Source of the DNA: Centroscyllium fabricii
Taxonomy: Eukaryota
Reading direction: 5' to 3'
Length of the DNA stretch: 64,000 nt
NCBI GenBank assembly: GCA_051313645.2
Contig: JBNRSN020000005.1
Location: 27,280,001-27,344,000, forward strand
Positions 25,436 through 37,768 of this stretch are shown one piece after another. The notes under the pieces were generated by a model. The model did no database searches, was not told where the DNA came from, and worked only from the letters and a program-made list of their open reading frames with translations. Position 1 is the first letter of the stretch. The number at the start of each line of letters is the position of its first letter. The position numbers were made by a program, and so were the translations under genes.

Positions 25436-26850
25436 CGGTGTTTGCCCTCCCCAGGCACAATTGCCCACCCAGTCCCTGGAACCCCTGCATCCACCTCTCC
25501 AATCTGATTGTGAATGTCGACACAGTTGCTGTCTCAGCCATGAACCATGAAAGTGACTTCTTTAGCATCGCCACTCACCGTATCGAGAGGTTTCTCCCGC
25601 CCCTCTGTTCTAAACCCCTTGCATTTAATCTTGTATCTGTGGCCCTTCGTATTTGACCCCTCAAATACTGAAAATGACCTCAATCTATCGACCCTGGCCC
25701 ATCCTTCCATAACTTTAACCATCAAGTTCGAACATATTTGGAATGGGGTGGTGGATACATATTCAATAGTAGCCTTCAATGGGGACTTGGATAAATACTC
25801 GAAGAAAATATTGCAGGGATATGGGAAAGACTTGGGGGGGGGGACTAACTGGATTGCTCTTCGAAAGAGCCGGCACAGACTTGATGGGCCGAATGGCAGC
25901 TATCTGTGCTGTACTATTCTATGATTCCATATCACCCTGTAATCTGTGATGTTCTAACGAAAAAAGAGCCAATTTTTCAAGGCATGCTCTGCAGCAACTG
26001 ACTACAGGCTTGTGTGTCTGACTTATGTATGCAGGACAGGCCTTTTGGGAACACATCGTGACACAGAAACTGTGCGTCCTTGAAACAGGTAGCTTGAGGT
26101 AAATGGGCGAACAAGTCAAGAGCAGTTTTCCCCTCCAAAATGGCCACATTTGTCGACAAAAACAACCATTCAAAGTAACTCATTGTAAGTGAAGCCCTTT
26201 GGGAATTTGCTGGGAGAGGTGATAAAGCATTGTAGAAATTCAAGGTTATTCTTTCTTTCTAACAATTTCCTTTCCAGCCATGGTGTACGCTTTGCAATTA
26301 CTTCTTATACGTTTGAAAGTGCTGATGTTACCGTTCATTTGTACTTACAGAATTTGACTATTTTCTGTAGCTAGCAGCAATATATTGAATTGGATTTGAT
26401 TAATCTACACTGATGGAAATGGCATGTACACCTAGTCACTAATTCAAATGGAGAAAATCATTAATAAATGAAACACTATTAAACTGTGGGACAAAAACAC
26501 ATTTCAGATAAGAGGTAGGGTTACATTGACAATAATAGGATAATTAAGGCTATAATGACAACTCAACATCATTATAAATACAAGCTGCCATCCATTACTC
26601 AGTGATGGCACAGTCACCTCTGAGTCAGAAGGTTGTGGGTTCAAGTTCCACTCCAGAGACTTAAGCACAAAAATCTAGGCTGACCCTTCGGAGGCGCAGT
26701 CTTTCGACTGAGACGTTAAACCGAGGCCCCGTCTGCCCTCTCAGGCAGACGCAAAAGATTCCATGGGAGCATTCGAGGAAGAGCAGGCGACTACTCCCCG
26801 GTGTCCTGGCCAACATTTATCACTCAAATCAACATCACAAAAACAGATTA

Positions 26851-27188
26851 CAGGTATACAGTCCCTTATCCGCATTTCCGAAATTCGAAAAGCTCTGAAA
26901 ACCAAAAGTTTTTTCGTGGAGCGTCACTCGTGTGCACGACATGACCCGAGTTGCGCCAAACATGACCCGACGCGGCCGACGCTTGACTCACGCAGGTGTG
27001 AGGCGTCAGTTGCGTCTCAGCGCTGCTACCAGTCACACGTGCTTCTGCTGCTCTCTGATATTTTTTTGTTATTTTGTGATTTTGAGTTTAATTGCACTGT
27101 GAAAATATCAAAAATCCGAAATCCGAAAAATTCCGAATTCCGAAACACATCTGGCCCTAAGGGTTTCGGATAAGGGGTTGTGGACCTG
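26851..27188 (+). mobile_element. Tigger4/MER46-like MITE
   Basis: TIR CAGGT..ACA..CCCTTATCCG, TCCGAAA subterminal repeats, TA TSD. Confidence 0.8.
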
Positions 27189-27288
27189 TATCTGGTTATT
27201 AATCTCATTGCTCTTTATGGGAGCTTGCTGTGTGTAAATTGGCTGCCGTGCTTCCCTGCATTATAACAGTGACTGCACTTCAAAAGTA

Positions 27289-28211
27289 CAGGTTGAGCAC
27301 CGGTAATCTGTTAACCAGAAAGCCGGCAGCTTTAGTCGTCTGGCATGAATTGCCCCGACTGCCCTGCACATGTGCAAAATGGCTGCCGCGATTGATGCTT
27401 CGCCGAAAGATCTGCGCATGCGTCGCCGAACGGTGAGCGCATGCGCAGATCATTCACAATGGTCTCGGCGGGCCGGGCCTCCTCGAGTCTCCCCGAGCCG
27501 AGCCGGGGGTCTCCGAGCCGATCGCAGGCCGGGCTTCCCCGAGTCTCTCCGAGCCGATCGCGGGCCGGGCCGGGGGTCTCCGAGCCGATCACGGGCCGGG
27601 CCTTCCAAAGTCTCTCCGAGCCGATTGCGGGCCGGGCCTCCGCGAGTCTCTCCAAGCCAATCGCGGGGCGGGTCTCCCTGAGTCTCTCCAAGCCGATCGC
27701 GGGCCGGGCCTCCCCGAGTCTCTATGAGCCGATCGCGGGCCAGGCCTCCCCGAATCTCTACGAGCCGATCACGGGCCAGGTCTCCCGAGTCTCTCCGAGC
27801 TGATCGCGGGCCGGGCCTCCCCGAGCCGATTGCGGGCCGGGCCTCCCCGAGTCTCTCCGAGCCGATCGCGGGCCGGGCCGGGGGTCTGAGCCGATCGCGG
27901 GCCGGGCCGGGCCGGGGGTCTGAGCCGATCGCGGGCCAGACCTTCCAAAGTCTCTCCGAGCCGATCGCGGGCTGGGCCTCCCCGAGCCGATTGCGGGCCG
28001 GGTCTCCCAGAGTCTCTCCGAGCCGATCGCGGGCCGGGCCTCCCCGAACGATCTGTGCATGCGCAGACCACTCAAAATGGCCGCCGGTCTTTCACGGTGG
28101 CCATTTTGAATGGTCTGCGCATGCGCTCGCTGAAGCTTCAATCGTTTGGGATTTTCACTTTCCCGGCACGGGCCTGGTCCCGCCCGTGCCGGATTAACGG
28201 TGCTCAACCTG
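27289..28211 (+). mobile_element. pogo/Tigger-like MITE with GC-rich minisatellite core (about 25-35 bp units)
   Basis: TIR CAGGTTGAGCACCG, TA TSD; repeats of ccgagccgatcgcgggccggg. Confidence 0.88.
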
Positions 28212-29376
28212 TAGTTCATTGGCTGCGATGCGCCTTGCGTCAACCCACGGTCGTGAAAGGGGCTACAGAAATGCAAGTTCGTTCTTTCTTTTACACTATT
28301 TTACAAACTGTAATCCTGAATACAGAAACCACAAATAAGCACAGATGTTAACATGATGTGTTCAGCCGACAAGACTGCTGCTCTGTGCTTTCAGAAAGCC
28401 AGGCCTCTCAGGTGCCCAGATTTTATTGCATTGTGTAAATTCCTCTGTGTGCATCAATAGCTTCTGGAGAAACGACCACATATTACACAGTATGTACTAT
28501 CTATCTGCTCCGAAGTATTCATAGAAGTAGGAGCTAGTTTTTGCTAACCTGATGGCATTTTACTTCACATCAGAGCTCGTTCTGAATTAAAACTGGATGA
28601 GGCCAAGAAATATTAGTGATCAACTGGGGAAATGAATTACAACTGCCAGCTTTCCTTTTTAAATCTCCTATTGAATTGGCTCACGGTGATTCCAAGGTAG
28701 CTCTGGGAGCAAGTAGTCCTGGTATTTGACAGCTTTGGAGATGAGGCGTTCCTCTGGTTTGGCAACACTTGGGGGTGGGGAAACAAAGGGGAAGCAAAGG
28801 GGAAGGGTGGTAGAGCGAGAGAGGGGTGAATTTTGGGGGTTTGCCAGCAATGAGGTTACAGCAGCATTTAGGGCGGTGGGTAGGGAGGGGAATACAGTTT
28901 GGCAGCACTGGGGAGAGGATTGAGTGGAGAGGGTGCAAGAGGGAGACTGATACAACCTGACTCAGAAGGCTAAAATAACCAACGCAGCTGCAACAGAAGT
29001 AAAAATCTTATTGGATGTGCAGTATTTCGAAGAGGGATCGTGCAATTTTGTAAATAACTTCAAATATTTTTACCAAATTAACTTTTTTAAAAAAATCAGA
29101 TTGCTAGGCTATGAATTGCATTTTTAACCTGCGTCCTATCCAGTCAACTGGCGGAGGAAATACATGGCGGCCAAAGGGGTTTTTCATTGGTTCCCTTCTC
29201 CTTGCTAATGGTTTCATTGGTAGATGTTTTCCATCTCAAGACTTCTGATTGGTGGTTATTGTACCTGTTCATTTATTGGCAAGTTCCCTAGCCAATAGCT
29301 CTCTAGTTCCTTACCTGGTCTTTTAGAGGTACACTCCCTACCTGTTCAACTATGGCTTGTTGCAGTTTTATGACTA

Positions 29377-29995
29377 CAGGTTGAGCACCGGTAATACGGC
29401 ACCCGATGGTCCGGCACCTGCAGTGGTCCGGCACGAATCAAAACCGGCCGTCTTCAGTTTGTGGAGCAGCTGCTCGGCAGCGCCACCATTTCCCGTGAAG
29501 GGTGGGCAAGCGCCGAAGGCGCCGGGCGTTTGGGTTGCTGCTTTTTTAGGTCTTGTAAGTGTTCTATCCCCGGGCTCCCTCCTGGGGAGTGTTCTACCCG
29601 CACGCTCTGGGCCCTGGGGAGTGTTCTACCCGCGCGCTCCGGGCCCCGGGGAGTGTTCTACCCGCGCGCTCCGGGCCCCGGGGAGTGTTCTACCTGCGCG
29701 CTCCGGGCCCCGGGGAGTGTTCTACCCGCGCGCTCCGGGCTCCGGGGAGTGTTCTACCCGCGCGCTCCGGGCCCCGGGGAGTGTTCTACCCGCGCACTCT
29801 GGGCCCCGGGGAGTGTTCTACCCGCGCGCTCCGGGCCCCGGGGGGTGTTCTACCCGCGCGCTCCGGGCCCCGGGGAGTGTTCTACCCGCGTGCTCCGGGC
29901 CCCGGGGAGTGTTCTACCCGTGCAATCCCCCCGACCCTTCAGCGGTTCGGCACCGGCCTGAACTCGGGGGTGCCGGATTACTGGTGCTCAACCTG
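29377..29995 (+). mobile_element. pogo/Tigger-like MITE with about 32-bp tandem array
   Basis: TIR CAGGTTGAGCACC(G/A)GTAAT, TA TSD; about 11 copies of gagtgttctacccgcgcgctccgggccccggg; left arm shared with 12171-12405. Confidence 0.9.
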
Positions 29996-30214
29996 TACAG
30001 TATTTAGGCTAAACAGGTGCAACTGTGATGGACACAGGCTAGACACAAAACCTTTAGATCGCAACAGAGACAGATACTTTAAGGACTGAAGTGTCCTATT
30101 TCCAGAACACACGCCCAACCAGATCATTGCTGCAGAAATCTCCGATCAAAAAGATCTCATTATTACAAATTACGCCACTCAATCCTTTCAATCTGAGATA
30201 GCCACCAAGGAATC

Positions 30215-30475
30215 AAATGGGGAATTCAGAAGAAACCCAGAGAGTGCTGAGAATGTGGAACCCGCTACCACAGGGCGCGGTTGAGGCGAATAGCGTAGAC
30301 GCATTTAAAGGGAAGCTCGATAAGCATATGAGGGGGATGGGAATCGAGGGTTACGCTGATAGATTTAGATGAGGAAAGACGGGAGGAGGCTCGTGTGGAG
30401 GATAAACGCCGGCACGGACTGGTTGGGCCGAATGGCCTGTATCTGGGCCGTATATCCAATGTAATTCTCTGTAAT
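30215..30475 (+). mobile_element. CR1 3' end fragment
   Basis: gagaatgtggaac...gcatttaaagggaagctcgataag...gggccgaatggcctg. Confidence 0.7.
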
Positions 30476-31244
30476 CTAATGTCAGTTTTCCAAGGCACGT
30501 CATCTGAAACTCGCCCCACGTTGTCCACAATGAAGTTAAATAGGTAGTGCATCTTAACAATTAAAAAAACATCAATACCTTAAGTTCCTGGAATATCGCA
30601 AGAAGAAATGTGATGACAATTAAAACACTTCAACACCTCGCATATTGGAATGAAACAAGATTTGTCAATCTTTCATCATCTAATAGCTCCTGCAATGTCA
30701 ACAGCCCCAGGCTTTTCTAAACTAAACTCGTGGAAAGACAACTTCACAAAACTGCAAATTGGGTACTTGTTTTTTGGTGGGCATGGGGTTATCTAATTAA
30801 TGCTTCTCACAAACGCACCTCGTCTGTTAGGAAGGAGATGCTTTATACATTTTTTAGATTTTAACTTTCGAGTTAATTTTTTTTTGTTGAAAAGGTCAAG
30901 TCAATCTAGTTCCCCTCCCGCACAGACAGAAGGAAGCATTTCAACGTTAAAAGTTGGTCAAAAAGACACATTCTGGTGCACAAACTTCCCAGTGGACTGA
31001 CTGTAGAGGTCTATGTGCGGCGTGATCACGTGCAACTATTGCCGTGTGACTCTGAATTTTAAAATATTCCTGTCACGCTACATCAAGGCATAGGTTTTCA
31101 AACCAGCAACCCCAGGACGTCTGCCATTGAACCCAAGGGTGAAGGGAATTCAATATGTAAACCATCAGGTAAATGACTTGAAATGTATAAGCGGATTTTA
31201 AAACCTGTGAGAAATGGCTGGTGAGAATTAGCAGGCGATGAAAC

Positions 31245-31570
31245 AACAACAACTTGCATATATATAGCGCCTTTGATGCAGTAAAATGTCCCAAGGCGCT
31301 TCACAGGAGCGATTATCAAACAACATTTGACACTGAACCACATAAGGAGATATTAGGGTAGGTGACCAAAAGCTTGGTCAAAGAGGTGCGTCTTAAAGAA
31401 GGAAAGAGTGAAGTCGAGAGGCGGAGAGGTTTAGGGAGGGAATTCCAGAGCTTAGGACCTAGGCAGCTGAATTGTGTAGCGGTTAAAATCGGGGATGCTC
31501 AAAAGGCCAGAATTGGAGGAGCGCAAAGATCTCGGAAGGTTGTGGGCTGGAAGAGGTTACAGAGATAGGG
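31245..31570 (-). mobile_element. L2 LINE 3' end
   Basis: (CAA)n tail and L2 3' sequence as in 33700-33830. Confidence 0.75.
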
Positions 31571-31838
31571 GGGAAAGCTCATGGGACCAAGGCATCAGAT
31601 TTCTGTATGCTTCACGCCGGGCGTACCACAAACCGTGTGTTTCCAGAATTGTGTATTCTGTATCTTTTCTTGATTTGTTTAGGACCTAGGCAGCACAATT
31701 CAGCTGCCTAGGTCCTAAGCTCTGGAATTCCCTCCCTAAACCTCTCCGCCTCTCGACTTCACTCTTTCCTTCTTTAAGACGCACCTCTTTGACCAAGCTT
31801 TTGGTCACCTACCCTAATATCTCCTTATGTGGTTCAGT
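31332..31838. repeat. 145-bp inverted duplication (31332-31476 and 31694-31838)
   Basis: No mismatch seen between the arms on manual comparison. Confidence 0.9.
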
Positions 31839-32033
31839 ACGAGCACTTTGTTTCTTTCGCTGTGTATAATTGTCTGTCGGCAGAGCAATGTTTACCTCTG
31901 GGCAGATCGCAGTATCGTACAGAAGCTGGGTCTGTGGGTCCTCAGCTGGGTGGCAATATTTGCAAAGGGTCCACCACATGGAACACCCACTTCAATGGGT
32001 CCACATTCCGTTTATCACTCTGTTGCTCTCAAT

Positions 32034-32620
32034 GGCCCAGAAATTCTGGTTGGAGGCTTCCTGCGAGTGCAAGCCTCCAACCCACACTTACGGAGCGCGC
32101 CTGCCGTTCTCCTCTTCTGGGATTTGAAATCCCGATTCCAGGTACTGCTCCAGGCCCCACGCGCTGAGGCAACTCAGCGTTGGAGTAAGTGGGGAAGCTC
32201 CGCGCGGGACCACGTGGTCCGCGGGGAGCCAATCACTGCCACGAATCCTCCATTCATAACTTTGACAGAGCGATCTGTCAAAGTTATGAAATGGAAGAGC
32301 CCCAAAAACACAGTAAACAGTAAAATAAATTTTAAAAACACACCACATTTTTTAACATTACTATAACAAACATAAATTACCTATTTTAAACAAAAAATAA
32401 AAATTTTGAAAAAATATTTTAAGTTTTTAACTGCCCTAAACAATACTTATCTGTCTTTAAAGTTTAAAAAAATTAAAAACCTGTTAAATAAAATACTTCA
32501 ATTCAATAAAATAAAGACTTACCTGCTAAAAAGGGGTAACTTTCCCGATACTTACCCCGATGAAAAACTCGGAAAAAAATCGGAAGTGCACTACGCACCT
32601 CCTGGTGTGCAGGCCAACGC
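32034..32620 (-). mobile_element. MITE related to 37769-38626, one end missing
   Basis: Terminus GGCCCAGAAATT plus hairpin ttggaggctt...aagcctccaa; AT-rich core. Confidence 0.65.
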
Positions 32621-32879
32621 GCTGCAGCCCCCAGCCGCTCCCCCCCTCCCCCCGCCCCTTCCTAATTGCATCTCTTCATACTTTCTTTGTATCCTTCTGT
32701 TGCTTTCTACAGCTCTCCCAGTTGGCTGGACATCCACTTTTCCTTGCACTTGTGGAAGCCTTTTCTTTCAGCTAGATACTGTCTCTTACCTCATTTGTTG
32801 ACCATGGTTGATTAACTGCACAAGTGAGGTTTTGCCTTTTAGGGGTATTTACTGGGTTTGTATTGTACCAAATACTTCT

Positions 32880-33830
32880 TTGAATACTTCCCACTAGAGA
32901 ATCACCTGCAACCGTTTCTCTTCCCGCTCCCACACCGTTATCTCTGGGGTTCCCCCCAGGATCCATCCTTGGCCCCCTCCTATTTCTCATCTTCATGTTG
33001 TCCCTCAGCGCCATAACCCAAAAACACAGCATCAATTTCCACACGTACGCTGACGACACCCAGCTCTACCTCACCACGACGTCTCTTGACCTCTCCGCTG
33101 ACTCTAAATTGTCAGACTGCTTGTCCGACATCCAGTACTGGATGGGCAGAAATTTTCTTCAATTAAGTATTGGAAAGACTGAAGCCATTGTCTTCAGTAC
33201 CCCTCACAAACTCTGTTCGCTAGTCACCGACTCCATCCCTCTCCCTAACATCTGTCTGAGGCTGAACCAGACCATTCACAACCTTGGTGTCATATTTGAC
33301 CCCGAGATGAGCTTCCGACCACACATCTACTCCTTCAGCAAGACTGCCTCTTTCCACCTCCATAACAGCACCAGTCTCTGCCCCTACCTCAGCTCATCTG
33401 CTGCTGAAACCCTCATCAATGCCTTTCCTACCTCTAGACTTGACTATTCCAATGCTGTCCGTATCCTAACTCGCACCAAGTCCCGTTTGCCCATCATCCG
33501 TGCTCATTGATCTACATTGGCTCCTGGTCTGGCAACGCCCCGATTTAAAAATTCTCACCCTTCTTTTCAAACTTCATGGACTCACCCCTCCCCATCTCTT
33601 TCACCTCCTCCAGGCTCTACCATCCGAGATCTCTGCGCTCCTCCGCTTCTGGCCTCTGGGGCATTCACGATTTTAATCGCTCCACCATTGGCGGCCGTGC
33701 CTTCAGTTGCCTGGACCCTAAGCTCTGGAATTCCCTCCCTAAACCTCTCCACCTCTCGCTTTTCCTTTAAGATGCTCCTTAAAACCTACCTCTTTGACCA
33801 AGCTTTTGGTCATCTGCCCTAATATCTCAC
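32880..33830 (+). mobile_element. L2 LINE RT/3' fragment
   Basis: GVPPGSILGP, YADDTQLY, SRLDYSN. Confidence 0.9.
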
Positions 33831-34051
33831 GTGACTCTTAAACTGGAAGATGGGCCATAACCACCAGATGTTCTCTCCACTGGGAGAAGCTATCAGTCGG
33901 TCGTTGAATGGGACCCAATACCTTGACATTATCTGAGGCATTCCTGTGCTTAGTAGTTTAGGGTCAGGGTTAGGTACAAAATGGAAACAGACTATGACTC
34001 TAGACCAGGAAGGTCACAGATTTTGTCCCCATGCTGAATTAGTTGATCGGG

Positions 34052-34133
34052 GTAGTCGTGGCCAAGTGGTTAAGGCGATGGGTTAGAAATCTATTGGGTC
34101 TTCCCTGCGCAGGATTGAATCCTGCCGACTACG
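34052..34133 (+). tRNA. tRNA-Ser(AGA) pseudogene
   Basis: 82 bp, GTAGTCGTGGCC...CCTGCCGACTACG; B box mutated (GATTGAATC) and anticodon arm altered. Confidence 0.85.
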
Positions 34134-34178
34134 GCAATGATGGATATGTGTCAAATCACCAGGTCAAGCTCCATTTTA

Positions 34179-34580
34179 GGGCGGCACGGTGGCATAGTGG
34201 TTAGCACTGTTGCCTCACAGTGCCAGGGGCCCGGGTTCAAATCCAGCCTCGGGTGACTATCTGTGTGGAGTTTGCACATTCTCCCCGTGTCTGCGTGGGT
34301 TTCCTCCGGGTGCTCCGGTTTCCTCCCACAGTCCAAAGATGTGCGGGTTAGGTTGATTGGCCAGGATAAATTGACCCTTAGTGTTAGGGGGATTGAATAT
34401 GTGGGGTTACGGGGATAGGGTGGGATATGTGTCGGTGCAGGCTCGAGAGTGTTCGAGGGATATGGGGAGAGGGCAGGGGCGGGATACTGGGTTTGGATGA
34501 TCAGCCATGATCTCGTTGAATGGCGGAGCAGGCTCGAAGGGCCGAATGGCCTACTCCTGCTCCGATCTTCTATGTTTCTA
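34179..34580 (+). mobile_element. HE1/V-type SINE
   Basis: Near-identical to 18832-19232. Confidence 0.88.
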
Positions 34581-34899
34581 TCTCAATCAAGGCAGCGAGA
34601 AGAGGTGGCTCTTTTCCCAGAGAATAGTGGACCTCTGGGACAGGCTGTCGGCTCGTGTGGTGGATGCCGATTCGCTGAATTCCTTCAAGCGAGAGCTGGA
34701 CCTGTTTCTGGTTGGGGCAGACATCACCTCTTACAGAAAGTAGGTACTGCAGGGAATTCAGGGCCAGAGTGGTCTCCTGGACTAGTTCCGATTGTATAGA
34801 TGGGTCGGCGAGGAATTTCCCAGATTTTTTCCCCCAAATTGGCCTGTTTTTTTAAAAAATCGGGTCTGTGGCCTCTCCCGGGAGATCACATGGTTTTGG

Positions 34900-35287
34900 G
34901 TGGGGTGGGGAGCATATATATTGTGATACACAAGGCATCGCAATTGTGTGGAACAGGCTCGATGGACCAGAAGGTCTTTGCCTGTCTATCATTGTTCGCA
35001 TGTTGATGCAACTATAGTCAACAGGACTTATGTGTGAGTTAAGGGGGGAAATCATCTAGAGTGCCCATTCCTCAGCAATACCAATGACATGGAGCCAAGG
35101 CAGATGGATGGAGTGAGGATACAAATGAGCTGTGATCTCACTGAATGGCGGAACAGGCTCGAAGGGCTGAATGGCCTCCTCCTGTTCCTATCTTCCTGCT
35201 GGAAATTGTACATGAGTAGACGTCAGGCAGGGAAAGGATCAGGATCAGGATCGGCTGTGACGTGACCCTTGCCAACTTTTTCCCACC
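34900..35287. repeat. Segment duplicated in inverted orientation at 51525-51912
   Basis: 388 bp with only a handful of substitutions; spans junctions between different old repeats and unique sequence. Confidence 0.9.
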
Positions 35288-35442
35288 TCCCTACCAAGTC
35301 AAATAGCCTGCTGACACTCAGTGCAAAGATTCGCACATCAATAACAGCTGAGGTACCAGATGGTTGGCAACACCCTTGGAGCCGTATGCCAGCAAGGCAC
35401 AAACGTGTTCCAGGAGAAATTGCAATGAAAAACAATAGACTT

Positions 35443-36155
35443 GGGGGGAAGAAATCGGTGGCTTGCGCCAGCCGTCAGCGCCCTAAGAGGGCTGCTAATG
35501 GGCCGTAAGCCTGGCCTGGCGTCTCCCACAATATTCAGTGGGGCGCTGGCGTGTGCGGTAGCGCCCCGCGGCTCTGGCGTGTGGTAGCGCTCCGCGGCTC
35601 CACGCCGCCGGGGATGACGTCATCGGAGTGCGCAGCCCCCCGCTCGCGCCCAAGCCGCGAAATTCAGTCGCGCCCGCTGCCGTACCGCCTGACGCTGCCC
35701 ACGACAGCTTCAGGCTGTCGTACTTGCAGCGGGGGAGCGCTACTTAAAGGGAAGGGTGCCGGGCGGCCATTTTTCTTGCTGGCCGACTGCCAGCACCTTC
35801 CCCTTCTGCCGTCCCCGGCCTCCCCCGACGCCCCGGTGTGCTGCCTCTGCTCCGTCAGCCCGGCACTTCCCTCGAGTGCCGGACTCCTTCGGCGGCATGG
35901 CGTCCCACGACGGCCCAACGGGGCTCTGGCCTGAGCCGCGCTAGGCCCCTCCCCTTTAATCAGGGGAGGAGGGCCTGCAGTACCGCGTGGTGCATCAACC
36001 CACAGTGCTGGATATTCAGCCTGCAGTAGCGCCCGACCTCCTACTTTGGGCACTGCAACCGAATTTCCCGAGAAACGGTGCGAGCGTTAGCCGGGCGCTA
36101 AAAGTAGTGCACCAAGGTTAACGCCCAAAAATGGGCGCCACCGAATTTTTCCCCC
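35443..36155 (+). mobile_element. GC-rich MITE (Harbinger-like termini)
   Basis: TIR GGGGGAAGAAATCGGTGG / CCACCGAATTTTTCCCCC; no coding capacity. Confidence 0.72.
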
Positions 36156-36704
36156 TAAGTGCGTACTAAGACATCATTGACCAACAGAGCTCCTCACAGA
36201 AACCCTTGAGGGCTCCATTGTTCAAGAATAGTGCTGCCATATTCCCATCTATGCGTCCTGTTTTGAATCCTTAACCTTTAAATCAGTCAAATTATGAGCT
36301 CTTAAATGGCACAGTCATGGACTAAAAAGCACTGTAGGCACACTATCAAATTCGCAATTAGTTCTAACTACTCAACTTATATTAACAAAATACATTGATG
36401 ACTGCAGCAAGTTTAAATGCAGTCAAGCTTTTCTTTAAAATAAAATTCACTGACCATTACACTTGGCGTTCTTTTTTTAAAAGTAGGCATAAATTAGTGT
36501 TACATCTCAGCTTTCAGATGGCCTTACTAAAGCATTTTATGTCAAATATTTCAATACTATTAATCTGTAAAAGGCTCACTGCACATTAATAGTCCCCCGA
36601 CACCACAACAGAGTAGGAATTAGTTCACGTGAATGCCTCAATCATCCGCGGGAAGTTTGCACTGTTCAGCATTTTTCATTACTCATCACTGCATTAAAAT
36701 CTAT

Positions 36705-37190
36705 TTTTTTTATTCGTTCCTGGTATGTGGGTATCGCTGGCAAGGCCAGCATTTATTGCCCATTCCTAATTGCCCTCGAGAAGGTGGTGGTGAGCTGCCT
36801 TCTTGAACTGCTGCAGTCCGTGTGCTGAAGGTACTCCCCACAGTGTTGTTCGGAAGGGTGTTCCAGGATTTTGACCCGGTGATATATTTCCAAGTCAGGA
36901 TGGTGTGTGACTTGGAGGGGAGCTTGGAGGTGGTGGTGTTCCCATGCAACTGATGTGCTTGGCCTTCTAGGTGGCAGAGGTCGCGGGTTTGAGAGGTGCT
37001 GCCGAAGAAGCCTTGGCGAGTTGTTGCAGTGCATCTTGTAGATGGTGCACACTGCAGCCACGGTACGCCGGTGGTGGAGGGAGCGAATGTTTAAGGTGGC
37101 GGATGGAGTACAAATCAAGCGGGCTTCTTTGTCCTGGATGGTGTCAAGCTTCTTGAGTGTTGTTGGAGCTGCCCTCATCCAGGTAGGTGG
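36705..37190 (-). mobile_element. LINE 3' fragment (CR1/L2 superclade)
   Basis: LDTIQDKEARLI...SLHHRRTVAAVCTIYKMH. Confidence 0.75.
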
Positions 37191-37191
37191 A

Positions 37192-37580
37192 GGGCGGCAC
37201 GGTGGCATAGTGGTTAGCACTGTTGCCTCACAGCTCTGGATACCTGGGTTCAAATCCAGCCTCGGGTACTATCTGTGTGGAGTTTGCACATTCTCCCCAT
37301 GTCTGCGTGGGTTTCCTCCGGGTGCTCCGGTTTCCTCCCACAGTCCAAAGCTGTGCGGGTTAGGTTGATTGGCCATGATAAATTGACCCTTAGTGTTAGG
37401 GGGATTAAATATGTGGGGTTACGGTGATAGGGTGGGATATGTGTCGGTGCAGGCTCGATAGGGATATGGGGGGAGGGCAGGGGCGGGGTACTGGGTTTGG
37501 ATGATCAGCCATGTTCTCATTGAATGGCGGAGCAGGCTCGAAGGGCCGAATGGCCTACTCCTGCTCCTTGTTTCTATGTA
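37192..37580 (+). mobile_element. HE1/V-type SINE
   Basis: Same structure as 18832-19232. Confidence 0.88.
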
Positions 37581-37768
37581 TTCTTGTGCAACACACAACC
37601 AGCATTAACTTATGCTGTTAAAGCTTCAAGAGTTGCAGATTTCATCTCAGTTGCTGAGATGTTCTAAACCTCTCCAACTCTGCGTACTCCACAGGACGAC
37701 TGGCTAAACTGGACATCATGCAAAACTGGGTCAAAAAGAAAAAAAATAAGGACTAGTATTTAGATAAT

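Larger units (their letters stand above)
26595..28290 (+). mobile_element. Deu-type SINE split by two DNA transposons
   Basis: Matches the reverse complement of 46905-47357 outside the two insertions. Confidence 0.75.

Noticed and set aside
29555-29925. CRISPR-like array (also 47938-48165 and 27480-28045)
   Set aside because: Head-to-tail repeats without unique spacers, no cas genes, eukaryotic context.
34052-34133. Functional tRNA-Ser gene
   Set aside because: B box and anticodon arm substitutions, and no oligo-T terminator immediately downstream.
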